64,000 bases of DNA from Lytechinus pictus. Lineage: Eukaryota. Positions within the stretch are counted from its first letter, which is position 1, and each line of letters starts with the position of its first letter. The translations under genes and the position numbers were made by a program. Shown here in pieces: positions 1-28,329 of the stretch. Below the pieces are notes generated by a model that saw nothing but the letters and a program-made list of their open reading frames with translations, did no database searches and was not told where the DNA came from. Location of the stretch: contig NC_087251.1 of assembly GCF_037042905.1 (NCBI RefSeq), positions 18,726,001 through 18,790,000 on the forward strand. Direction: 5' to 3'.

Positions 1-558
1 TTTTGTGATTTTGAAAAATTCAGTAACTAGTAGCTACAGTCTTTTTCAATAGAATTCTAAGAACAATAACATTTAGAAAAATTATCCTAAACTGAAATTG
101 ATGCATTTTGGCGAATATTTTGTGGTTGGTCATGGCTGACTGTAAAATGTATATAATCATGGAGATATTGATACTGTCGATATCTGTATGGTATTAAAAT
201 GATAGACAGTGATGATGTTTCTTCGATTTCAAGCAATCAACGTCCCACTCTCCACTGATCTTTTGATTGAGATATGATTGAGAGTTATTGTGGAGTGGCT
301 CAACATAGATTCCCATTCTTAAAGCCACCTCATCCCCTCCCCTACATATAGATAACAGTGAGAATAGCTTTGAAGTTACACGCATTTGGGTTGTTTCACT
401 TGATTTTACAATACAGTGACATGGAGAAAGGCATTATTTGAGAGAGGTATCAGATGATAGCACACCTCACTGTTCACTCTGTGTTTTAATTATGAAAATA
501 TTTTTGTTAAAATCATCTTTAAACCTTCTTTAGCTTTGGTACAGGGTCAATAATGTGA

Positions 559-1090
559 ATTATTAACCGTATCAGACATCTGAGTAGGGCAACTTTAATA
601 CATTATTGCCTGCTTAAGACTGGGATCAAGTAGTCGGTCTATAAGTTTGAATTTGTTTAACCACTGACAAATTTATTGCCCGCTCAGGAAAGTCTAAGAA
701 AAGGCGTGGAAAGGTAGCGGGCAATACGGCAGAGCCAACATCCGGGTATTCTACGCGTTTTTGAACCGCGCAGTGCTGTACGTCAAGTCGAGACATATAC
801 TGCGTCCCTAGGCCACGGACGCGTCATGTCAATTGCGTCACAATGGTAAAGTTCAGAGGCCCAGTCTGCTCAACATAGATTCCCGTTCTTAAACTGTAGA
901 ATATTTAAATTTTCATGATTTTTGCTCTAGATGTCTGATTTGGTTAATAATAGCAATATTGACTGGCCTGGGGGCAAAAGGACATATATCGCCCTCACTA
1001 AATTGATATCACCCTCGTCTACGACTTGGGCAATATAAATTGAGTTTGGGCGGTCAATGTGGTATCGCCCTGAGGCCAGTCAATATTGCT
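559..1090. mobile_element. Bipartite inverted-repeat element (possibly Crypton-type non-autonomous)
   Basis: IR pair 559-581 / 929-951 (ATTATTAACC..ATCAGACATCT), immediately followed by a perfect 18-bp IR pair 952-969 / 1073-1090 (AGCAATATTGACTGGCCT); no TSD seen. Confidence 0.5.
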
Positions 1091-1289
1091 TTATTATATT
1101 TGAGTATCATCCAACCTACCAATCTTAATAACTTTTAGTAGTTGTTATGATCTTTTATTCAACTGCTGATTCTATGCCAACATTTCTTAAAACATATCTA
1201 GACCCCCTCTCTCACCAATACTTTATTTTCCAGTAATAGGGCTCTTCGAACAATCTAAAACTTCAGGATTTCAAAATGAACCTACAGAC

Positions 1290-1687
1290 AACTAGAAATA
1301 TCACTGAATGTGATTAATACCACCACCCTATGGTGTTACCATGGTAATGCAGTTTCCAACACATGAAAATGAATCTTGCATGTCTTTACCCCAAGATGTT
1401 TATTTGTGCCTACTTTCATGAGCATTGGCTAATAACTGGGGATGTAGTCTGATCCACAAGTATTTTTTTCCTGGATTTTTGGCCATTATATGTGGTTACC
1501 ATAGCAACATAATTTCTGACCAATTCAAAAAATGTTGTCTTGCACATCTTTACCTCAACACCAATGTGTGTGCCAAATTTCATAATTGGTTAAAAATTGA
1601 AGTAGCTCTGATGCGCAAGCTTTGGAACCGCCTGACATGTATGCCAATTTTTCCCCCTTTCAAACTTTAGTTTGGTGGGGGTATAAA
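1290..1687 (-). mobile_element. Helentron-associated (DINE-1/HINE-like) non-autonomous element
   Basis: Minus strand 5' TTTATACCCCCACC + hairpin CAAACTAAAGTTTG; two degenerate internal repeats; 3' GGTGGTGGTATTA + hairpin ATCACATTCAGTGAT + CTAGTT end. Confidence 0.6.
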
Positions 1688-3831
1688 TATTTACTATCCT
1701 TAAATTTTCAGCCCAGTCCTTGCTTTGGAATAGGTTTTATGTCAATCGGAAAAACTATGCAGATATTTTTTTTTGATCAGGTAACCGATCAAAATAAAGT
1801 TCATGGAAAATCGCAAGATTTATAATGAATTATACATTTTCATACCCAGGGCATCCACATTCATGTAATCGATCAATGAATTGGAATAGTCAGAGCCACA
1901 TTTTGGAAGATTTACCAAAGCAAAAGACGGTCTTTAAGCATGATTTTACTACTTACACATGTAATATTGTCTTATGTTTCCATACTATCAAATCTACAAA
2001 TAATACAGATAGAATGTGCATAAATCAACCTTCCATAAGCTTAATATTTGCCCAAGTCTAAGCAATTTTTCATATAAGATTAAATGTTGAACTTATTTAT
2101 ATGGTCCCAATAGGTTCTGCTAAGATAAAATTCATTTCAGTGTTATGGTTGATTTCTGGACTTGCCAAAATCAAGTTCTTGGGTTTCACTTGGCCTTGAA
2201 CTAAATAAAAATATCATATTCCTTAAACCTTTTTTATGTAATTGTTATATTGAAAACACTCCCATCCAACCCACACACACACAAAACATCCACAATAATC
2301 GACAAAAATCACAAATACTCAACAGTAATAAAAAAGCAAACGTGTTGATCGAGATGCCACATCATGTGTTGTGTTTATTTCTGTTATCTATGAAATAAAC
2401 CGCCATAATTACATCAGCAGCTTGTACTGGATGGATGTCACATGACAGTCATGTGACGGTCACATGACAACTTCAAGATGTTTATTCTTCATCTTTACTT
2501 CTCCATCAAAAACTCTACCATTTTTATTATCTCCAACACTTCTTTTTATAATGTTCCAAACCTGTTCTTAAGAGACCTTACATACATATAACATTATAAA
2601 TCAGTACACTACACATTTTTTTTTCTGGAAAATGTTCATCATAATGAAGCAATTTTGACAATTTTTATGCAAATGCAGAGAACAAGTCTGTACAGATATA
2701 ATTGACATAGTAGTGATAGTAATAATCAATAAACAAAAATACACCAGAGTAAAATCCCCAGATAAAGAGAGAGAAAAAAACACACTTCTCAGTACACATC
2801 ACTCAAAATTGCTGACTTTCAATTTACAAGCTATATTAAATTCATCTACAATTTGGTATAAATCTGGAAAGTTCCTAAGACTGTACTCTTTTAATCTCTC
2901 CTTTTTTTTTTACAAATCCATTAACACACAGAGAAAAAACTGAGAGTCAGCAATTCCAGTGCACACAGGGTGATGACATGACTGACTTCTCCACACGTAG
3001 CTGTACTGAAACAAAAACAGATCGCTGATTATTACATACACATATCCCTATCAAATGCTCGTACAAGAATTCTATCTAATTGTTGGGGGGAAATCAAAGC
3101 ATAAAAAAGACAAGGAAATCTCTATGTCCAGTAATCTACAAGAAACATCTGAATTTTTAGCAAATTATGATATATAACTATAACTACTATTACACAAAAT
3201 GCAGTAAATAATTATCTATATCATGTTATATATTTTAACAGTGTACACATATATATAGTAGGTAAGTTGTGATAAAAGCGGTTATTGTACACAAAAGCAT
3301 TTTATTTTGTGTATACAATTTGAATCACTTTCATAAGACATTTCTCACTCTTTAATTTAGGGATTGGAAACGGAAAAGTGAAGGAACAAATTATTGGTAT
3401 GGATATAAATACAGATGATTTAATCAAATTCACTCCATTTTCTATATTTTCAGACAATTCTTTTATCTGCAATGAGTCAGCATCCCAAGGCTACAATATC
3501 TAACTACTACTGCCACTTATCTGTTATTCATATTATTATCAAGAATATTTAACAAATCTATGCTGTTGAGCTAAGTACATTGGGATGTCTTGATTACACA
3601 ATTATGATTTACAGAAAAAAGAGCAAATATTGGAATTCTCATTTTCCCACCAGTTTGACACCAACAGACATTTCCTGAAAGTCAACAAATCTGTTATAGT
3701 ACATTGTACAGGAAATAAGTAACATAAGTTGTGAAAGAATACTTGTCCTTATAATTTTCAGAATCACTGCTCCTTCCATTCCTTCATACTTTGGTGGCAG
3801 TTGAGCAGAAAGTAGTGTGATGTAACCCTGA

Positions 3832-4213
3832 TACCCCTTTCATAAACCCATCCTCCAATTATCCGCCTAAGAGTAATGCGGATAATTCAATAAAAATTGC
3901 ATTCACAAACTCCGAAAATAATCCGCACTATTTTTTACAAGCGCCCGACCTGAATAAGGCGGATAATTGTCATGGCAACTGCACACACCCCCTCTGATGG
4001 GGTTGTGTTGGAAAAGGGTGACCTTGTGACCGCACCATGGCAATTATCCGCATTACTTTGGAAATGCGTTCATAAAGTCAAAATCTGGTCCCGATGCCGC
4101 TATTATGCGGATAATTGCAGCATCAAAATAATGAGGATAACTCTGGTCCCGCTCCGATTTTACGACCAAATTATGCGGATATTATCCGCATAATTGGGTT
4201 TATGAAAGGGGTA
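3832..4213. mobile_element. MITE (PIF/Harbinger-like?)
   Basis: TACCCCTTTCATAAACCCA ... TGGGTTTATGAAAGGGGTA, 19-bp TIR; flanks TGA/TTA; many internal TTATCCGC/GCGGATAA motifs. Confidence 0.8.
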
Positions 4214-7200
4214 TTAATCTGACTTAAAATGACAGAGTACAGGCAAAGGGGGGGAGATGTTTTCATTAAAATCAGAAAAGATATTGATAATTGCTGTCGG
4301 TTATCACTGAATTGGAAGCCCGCATTGCTAGTTTTTTTCTGTACATCTTAGTAAAGGGAATCATCTTAGTTGGGAAATTTGAAAAGTCCGGAAATAATCT
4401 CAATTTCATTGAACTAGCTGTTCATGGAGCCATAAGAAAAATAATAAGGAAAACAGACTGTCATAAATGCATATAATATCATGAGGGAATATAACCAAAC
4501 ACTGAACATGTGAGTTGTGCCCCTTCCACTTCTAAACCAATGATTTTTCAAAATTAACACAATGTGCAATAAGTAATTTGTATCACGATAATCAAAATAT
4601 CATCGAAGTCTCCTGATCTACGTAGTTCCCTTTTGTTGTTGTTATTGTGATTTAAAATGGAAACCATGAAAGCGAAGTGGCACAACAGGCCAGAGGATGT
4701 TCTGTCTCACAAGCCTCATCTGTGCATGATTTAATGTACACTAGAACGGTTGCAATATATAGCTACACAAAATAGTTGACATAAAAAACATGTAACCAGT
4801 ATGGTCAGTCTAGACAAGACAACACTGGTGGCTGCATATCCTTCATCAATGATTTGAAATTTCTCTGCTTTGTTACAAAAAGAAAGGAACAAGAATAGAC
4901 CTCCACACAGACATATAAAGGCTTGTTAAGACATGAGGTATCAACCCCATATTTTTGAGTGAAAAGCCTACGGAAAAATGAAGCAACATAACAAGCTGTC
5001 AAAGCAAGAGACGTTCTCTTTTTGCTGCCCCTCTGCAAAATGCTTTGTACATAATTGAACAAACATATTGGACAATAGACATAAACACAAAGGTATACCT
5101 GTGTGGCTCATTGGACAGCTTTTTTTTTAATTCGATCAGGCTTGTGTGGCCGATGGAACAAGAGCAGCAAACGACAGGGTAGACACACAAGTACAGAATA
5201 TCCATATTAGTAGATGTTCACTGGCTAAACTTTACATATCTCAACAATAAACATATTGCGGGCACTGCCACTGCATGTCTGAACAAGCCTCAAGAATCAA
5301 TAATTCTATCTTTAAAAAAGTACAGAGAAATACAAATATAAATCTACTCCTTACTGATAAATTAAATTCACTTGGCATATCTATCTATCTCTCCATTCAT
5401 ACAAACCATGTATAAAGCATCTCAATCAGTCATCTGTACAGTTTGTACATGGAAACATAGCACATTAACATTGTGAAATATTCTATAATCTATTTACTTT
5501 TGTTTGTTGTTGCAATACAGAAGGGAGTATAATGAAGACCAACTGCTTTTTTGGATATAAATATGTGTAAGCTTTGAAACAGTTTGGTCTTGGAGCATAA
5601 TCTGTACATTCTCAAAACACAAATCCAATATTTTGACTTAAAAAGTTAGTAGAGCCAACCACCATGGCTGACACAAAGTACAAAATAATCTATTTAAGTG
5701 TTTGACATTTATACCCATATAAGTTACTTGTTAAGAATTGGGATAACTGATGACTAATTATATCAATATCTATATTTGCGCTCTGAATGGAAGTACCCAC
5801 AATATTGCCCTGTACTGAGCCATGCATATATCTACGGTTGCTACAATGTCAAATCTGTACACTCCATTAGCAAATCCATAATTATTTAAGCCATCGAAAA
5901 TATCAGGACATGATGATGCCCTCTCAGTAGGTCAAAACTTATCAATTTTCTTCTTTATTTTCAAAGGCTCAAACAATGCATGGTGTGGTTAAAAATAAAA
6001 AAACAAACAAACAAAATCGATAAAACAAAACACATTCTTGAGTGATAAGTCCCCTGAATAATTTCTACATTATTATGGTTTCAAAATGTATGCCACACTA
6101 GACTACAGTAAAACAAGTTTTACTCAATAATTATTACTTAGAAGCATTCCAACAAACAAGACAGAGGGAAAATAGTAAGAAGACAGCATTAGGCCACATG
6201 CTTCCAAAAAACAATAATATCTTCATCGTGGAATGGTACAAATATATCCAAAATATGTCATTGAAGCAAAGACTAAAAAGATGAAGAAAAAAAAGCAATG
6301 ATTAATAACTAATTACTGGTATAAGTATATATATATCATATATAATAAAGTGTATTTATACAAGGATGTGCACAAGACTAGGTTTTTTTATCATCCACAT
6401 TTCATCATAATTACATTTACAACACATTTATAGTTTCTTTTGTGTATGTTTCATATATCAAGGAGCACATTATTTTTGAAGCAGAAAACAGATAGATTGT
6501 CCAGTTTCTGGTGCCAGAAACTGGACAGAGTAAGACTATAAGTGGTTTGCTCTGATAGACCCATAGATGGATGATATCAAGGAGTAATTGGGGGTGGTGA
6601 ACCAACCAACTAACTGTCAAAGCAAAGGGACTTTCCACCAACAAGTCTGGAACAGGGGACCGTTACATGAAAGTTGTCAGCACCGACAAGATATCTTTCT
6701 CCAGAGCTTCTAGGCCAATCAAAAGCAAGGACTTCACTGAAATCTCTGGAAGGGGAAACAGGTGTGTGTGTGGGCAAACCAGAAGTGTCTAGAGCATATG
6801 GTTAGAGGCAACGCACAATCTAATCAACCATACCAAGCTAGTCAGATTGTATGATGTTCATTTACTTCCTCTAATTGTAGATCCTTGTGACCGTGACTTT
6901 TTAATTAGTTTACCATGCTCACCTGTTGTTATCTATTCAATCATACCCCACTGAATGCTCCTAAATTCTGCACAAAGCATAGGATGATATATACCTTGAT
7001 AGACTGGGACTTTCCACCATGAAATGCTAGCAATCGCATTAATGGAAATCACTTACACATTGGCAGAAACAAAGAGCCAGAGTGATCTTATACTGTGCCA
7101 GTCAATTCAATCCTAGGATTCTCTTCATATTTCTCCCAACAAAATAATTAGTATAAATAAACATATCAAAATAAAACAAAATAAACGAGTGATATATTCA

Positions 7201-7311
7201 TTCTATTGGGATTTTTAATCATTATCACTGCCTGCCCCAAAAGGACACAAAATAATTATAATGTGTGTTATAAAGCTAATTAAAATAAAGAAAAAAATAG
7301 TGCTAGATCTA

Positions 7312-22860
<15,549 letters not shown>

Positions 22861-22959
22861 GACAGGGTAGATCCACGTATGTTAGAAAATGTGTTTTAAT
22901 TACACTTAAGATGAATAGAAATGAGTGAATAATTGTGATTACACCGGCTTTTACAATCG

Positions 22960-23219
22960 AGGAAGTTTCAATATGGCTGCCTGTACATTACGCTATTTTT
23001 ACATTCAATTTGTACACAGATAATCCGTACGTATGTGTGCGTGCGCTTTCAAAACTGCGCTGGCTGCTGGCATGATCTCTAGCTCTCTCGTATCATCTGC
23101 GAGCTTTGTATACAACTATACGTATATTACCGGTACAAGTTACTCCACTGTGCATTACTACATGAAATAGGGGGTGTATTCATTGGATAGAGGTGACGTC
23201 ATTTGAATACGACGTGGCA
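22960..23219. promoter_or_regulatory. Candidate Rab1 promoter motif cluster (ETS, YY1, CCAAT, CRE, XBP1/CREB3-like)
   Basis: AGGAAGT 22960-22966; CAATATGGCTGCC 22969-22981; ATTGG 23182-23186; TGACGTCA 23194-23201; GACGTGGCA 23211-23219; CpG-richer DNA 100-360 bp upstream of the ATG. Confidence 0.5.
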
Positions 23220-23466
23220 ATCAGCTGATAACATAAGAAAAACTTGGTCTGATGTGTAAAACTAGTATATTTTGAATTACGAAATTCATTTTTCAGAACT
23301 CATCAACCTTCTACTAATTAGAGATCTAGATCTATGCAAAGTTTCCAAGCAACATTGTCCTGCCAAATCTCTAATATTTGCAATAATTCACTCAGTCCAC
23401 GAGCAATTCAAAATCGTCTTAATAGTTGACCGCCTTAACTTGTAATTGTTTTAGGCCTCTATTTAA

Positions 23467-24072
23467 AGGTCAAGTCCACCCCAGTAAAATATTGATTTGA
23501 ATAAATAGAGAAAAATCAAACTAGCATAACACTGAAAATTTCATCAAAATCGGTTGTAAAATAAGAAAGTTATGGCAGTTTAAAATTTCGCTTATTTTTC
23601 ACAAAACAGTGATATGCACAACTCTGTGACATGCAAATGAGTCAGTCGATGATGTCCATCACTCACTATTTCTTTTGTTTTTTATTGTTTGAATTATACA
23701 ATATTTCATTTTTTACAGATTTGACCATAGGGACCGACTTGACTGAATCATATAGTATTAAACGATGCCAATTCCACATGTTCAGGGAGAAATTAATCAC
23801 CGTTTCACTTGACAATGAAGAGAAAATTAGGATATTTCATATTTCATATAATAAAATACAAAAGAAATAGTGAGTGGATGACATCATCAGGCTCCTCATT
23901 TGCATACCAACCAGAATGTGCATATTTTAACTGTTGTGCGAAATTAAGCGAAACTTTAAAATGTCATAACTTTCTTATTTTACATCCGATTTTGATGAAA
24001 TTTTCAGTGTTGTGCTTGTTGGATTTTTTACTTTTTATTCAAACCAATTTTTTATTGGGCTGGACTTGTCCT
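23467..24072. mobile_element. Non-autonomous DNA transposon (MITE), TTAA TSD, Kolobok-like
   Basis: TTAA|AGGTCAAGTCCACCC ... GGGCTGGACTTGTCCT|TTAA; shares AATTTCATCAAAATCGG with the 8435 element. Confidence 0.88.
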
Positions 24073-25502
24073 TTAAAAAACGCATGATTTACTTTTTAAT
24101 CACATGTAGGAACAATTTAGAGAAAGATCGATAGCATGATATTGATGAAACCGATCGATGTGGGGACCACAAATAGGCCTAGGGGTGGGCCGGGGGTGCC
24201 CCTATGGGGCCACATGCAGCTATCGTATATATATATTTATAAAATAATAACCCGGCCTATTTCTCCGAAACCTGCATTTTTATATTTTTAACATTCGTTT
24301 TCCGACAAAATAACTTTTAATGATGTAATCTACATAACCTGGCCATCCTCTCATTTTTGGGTTCTTGTTTTTGTTCCACAGGCTTCGACAAGTTGTCAGT
24401 TTATAGTTGACGTTGGTTGGCCTGAGAAGCTGTTACTATGGTAACTGTGGGATAAACGATCTGATTAAACAAGTCCCACAAGTTCTTTCATAAAACTCTC
24501 CAAAGATTTGCACCCTGGTGTGACAGCTTAGTTGGCCAAATATAAATGGAGTTTGCTTAACCTGAAATTGCATGAACAGTACAGGAATATTCCTACCTAG
24601 CGAATAGATGGGTAAACGATATTAATTTGGAGCACAAGATTCGGGTTATTAACCCATTTTTTTTTTTTACAGTTAAGCCGATTGCGCATATACAAGTATA
24701 CAGGCTCAATATATTTACCAACAAACCAATTTCAGAATGTGGATGAAAATTGAAAAAAATGACGGTTACACTGGATTTAACCTTTGACTTGAATGAGAAA
24801 GAGACGATATAGTCTTTCGATAAACTCTGCATGGTAGAGAGTTCCATAAATGAGGACCATGGTTTCTTGTGAATCTCATGCGCAAGCGGCAATTTAGGGC
24901 TGATTAAATAACGGGTATAGGATAAGAATGAATGTTCAATGATAGTAGAAAACTGTGGAATTAAGGTGGCAGCATATTTTTATTAAACATAAGTAGTAAG
25001 CATTGACGAGAATTAGTCCAACAGACTGTCTATAATGTCTACTCATGATGGGCTGGGCATTATGTGTGCCCTATATAGGAGCCCCCCTCCCCCTTGATAA
25101 CAAAAATGAGGCCACCCTTCTACACAAAGCGATGCTATACTTTGGTATATCGAGAATCGAAAAAAAAAATCGGCAAACATAAGAAATATAATTTTATTCT
25201 AAGCAACAATGACTAAGCCCCGTTGACTTTTCTGAAAGGGGATTTCCTCTGTTGCAACTCGTCAGATAAACGTAACTTGTTCCACCGTGGCAGTGGTCAT
25301 TCCTGACATAATCGACAGGCCCTTCGGGTCTGATTGAAATTGAAATTTTATAATTCATACACGGCAATCAGTAAGTATATAGACTCCCTCGTTCTTTGTA
25401 CTGTAAAAAAATATTGGGTAACATTTTAACCAGCTCACCAGCACGAGGGTAATTATGTGTCCAACCAATTTGGGGCAGTATTTTACCCAATGCAGGAAGC
25501 AT

Positions 25503-27050
25503 AATTGATTGATTGATTGATTGATTGACAACGAATTTATTCATTCCAAAATTTCAACAAAGTTACAAAGTAAAGCAAAATACAATATAACATTTTGAAA
25601 TGAAATAGGAACCTTCTGGAAAGCAAAGCTTGTTATTGAAGGTTTCCTTCAATAAATAAGACTTAATGCAAAAAACAATATATATATATAATATACTAAT
25701 CATATCGTTTTTGTTGAAGTTCAAAATAGATACAATAAACAAGTCATCATATCTTTCTTGTAAAACTTATATGTAAAAATTATATGTAAATCCTTGTTAA
25801 ATGTATTTTTTTTTTACATATTCTCCTAAGTAAAAAATAAACAAGGCTGGATTATCTTACAAGATATGAAGAAAAAGTGAAAAGGACACACAAGACAAAA
25901 CGTAACAAAACCAGGACGTGACAGAACGGTACAAGATCAAGACATGACAAAAAGTTATACCAAAACAAGACAGACGAAATATTACAAGAACAGACAAATT
26001 GAAAAAAAAGACAACAACAACAACAAAACAAAGGACAAAAGCGAGTAAAAGAAAGAAAGAAGAAGGAAAGAAAAAAAAAAAAAAAAAAAAAACAGGTAGA
26101 GCGAAAGAAAGGAGACGGGAAAAGAAGCGAAATAAAGGCAGGGTGGGGGAGGGGGGAATCCGGAAGAACAGAAGATCCACAAGATATCCTAAGTAGGATG
26201 AATGATGTGAGTGTTATAGTTATTGGTTAGATTTTTTTTAAGTGCTCTATTGAAGCTATGAATAGTTGGCTTATTTCGTAAAGTTTGCGGTAGTGAATTC
26301 CAAAGTTTGATACCAGAAGATATAAACAGTTTGTTTGTTAATAATGTCCTCGTTCTAGGTAAATGGAAAAGTCCAGCAGATCTTGTAGGGTAGTGATGTA
26401 CATTGATATTTCGTGTGAACATAGAATAAAATACGTCTGGTAGTTCATCTTTACTAAGGTTGAACATAAAAGATCCAAGATTATAATGGTAAAGATCATG
26501 TATCTTAAGAATTCCATGAGTTTTAAAAAGAACATTCGTATGTGCCCGATAATGAGAATGGCAAATAACGCGCAAAGCTTTTTTCTGAAGTAGTAAAAGT
26601 CTATTCAAATGAAAATCAGCACAACTCCCCCATGCAATAATACAAAAGTTCAAATGCGGGAGTATCAGCGTAGAGTATAAGTTTAATAATATACGAGTCG
26701 GAAAATAGAATTTAACTTTATTTATAATTCCAATATTCCGTGAAATTATTTTGCATGTGTTATCTATATGTTCTTTCCATGACAGTCTGTCGTCGATAGT
26801 TACTCCTAGAAATGTCGTACTTAATACTCTTTGAATATTAATATTATCAAAAATAATGTTCATCAATGATATTGCTGAAGAGCATGTAATTTGTTTTAGT
26901 GAGATTAAGCGATAATTTGTTGGCTTTGATCCACTCTGAGACTAGTTTTAATTCTTTATTGAGTGTGTCAAGTAAATGTTTGGGGTCCTTATGAGAAAAA
27001 AATATATTTGAGTCGTCGGCAAAAAGAATGAATGATAAAGTAGTGTCCAT
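25503..27050 (-). mobile_element. 5'-truncated L2/Crack-like LINE fragment
   Basis: LFADDSNIF RT motif, frameshift near 26860, FLGVTIDDRLSWKEHI...LWNSLP C-terminus; 3'UTR with GGAAACCTTC...GAAGGTTCC stem-loop, AATAAA and a (CAAT)n tail at 25503-25528. Confidence 0.88.
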
Positions 27051-28329
27051 GCAGTGTGGTTAAAAAATAAGCAGCAATTACTTTAGAATGGGCAAAATTT
27101 TCATCACACTGGATAAATAAAACTTGATGCCCAAAAAGACATGCCCAATGTTGGTTGGACACATAATTACCCTCATGGAGCTTTTCATTGGGTATAATCC
27201 TATAGGCCTACTTGCAAAAGAAGACCAGGAACAGCAAAATCAACAACAACAACAACATCATCATCAAGAACAAAACAGGGGCAGCGAAACCGCCCGATCG
27301 AGGGCAGGGTGTTTCAATTCCCTGCCATCACCCCATTAAATTGTCAATAAACGTACAAACAAAAACAAGTTTTACAAAGTTCCATCTGTTAATTAGTGTT
27401 TTTTGTTTGTTAACTGCCCTTAAAAATTGTCCTTATTTTTCAAATATGTAAAGATTTAAATATTCTATAATTCAAACAATAAAAAACAAAAGAAATAGTA
27501 AGAAATATATTTGACACAAACTACACTATTAAATATTTCTTTTAATCCAGATAATACAAATGATATATTTGTAACTGTCTACCAAATCGCTAGGAAAGCA
27601 TGGTTAGCAAATAACAGGCCGTAGTTGCATGGATATTTGCAGTCTATTTCCAGTCATTACAAAAAAGGTGAAAATCAGAAAATGCGATTTTCACTGAAAA
27701 TATAGTATACAAATAAAGACCACATGTCTGTTTTTATCTATTGTTGGACTCAGTGGCCATGAACATATATTACAAATCATGAGTGATTAAGGTGTTATGT
27801 ACAAAAAATTGTGTTTTGGGGGACAATTTTTTTTTTTTTACCAAAAATGACCCAAAAATGTTGTTTTAAATGACCCAACTTATCTGATTCATAGTTTAGT
27901 GCTCATTGACCACGAAAACACACAGTTAGACATATTGGAAGCCTTATGTGTATAGATGTAAAGGATTTACATGCGAAAAATTGCTCAGAACCAATATCAG
28001 ACGTATTCTTAAAAAAAAAGTAGGCCTACTTAGTAGATTTGTGGCATAGAGATATATTACTAGTTTGCACTCCCAGCCAAGATGGCAACATAATTCATCG
28101 TTTTAAATTGAATTTCACAAAAATAGGTTTTATTTGCCCGCCCCTACTAACACCCATGATACCATCCTTGTTATTATTGAATTACAAAAAAAATCATTAT
28201 ATTATTTTATATTTATTATCAATATCTTATTCTTGGTTATGTTCCCCTTTCTTTTTACAAATTCAAAACAACGATGTCTATTCTCACGGTATCTCGAGTA
28301 TACATGCACGTACGTATATTTTATATATA

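Noticed and set aside
25857..26196. ORFs rich in F/L or K/R (107, 66, 65 aa)
   Set aside because: Translations of the low-complexity A-rich LINE 3'UTR.
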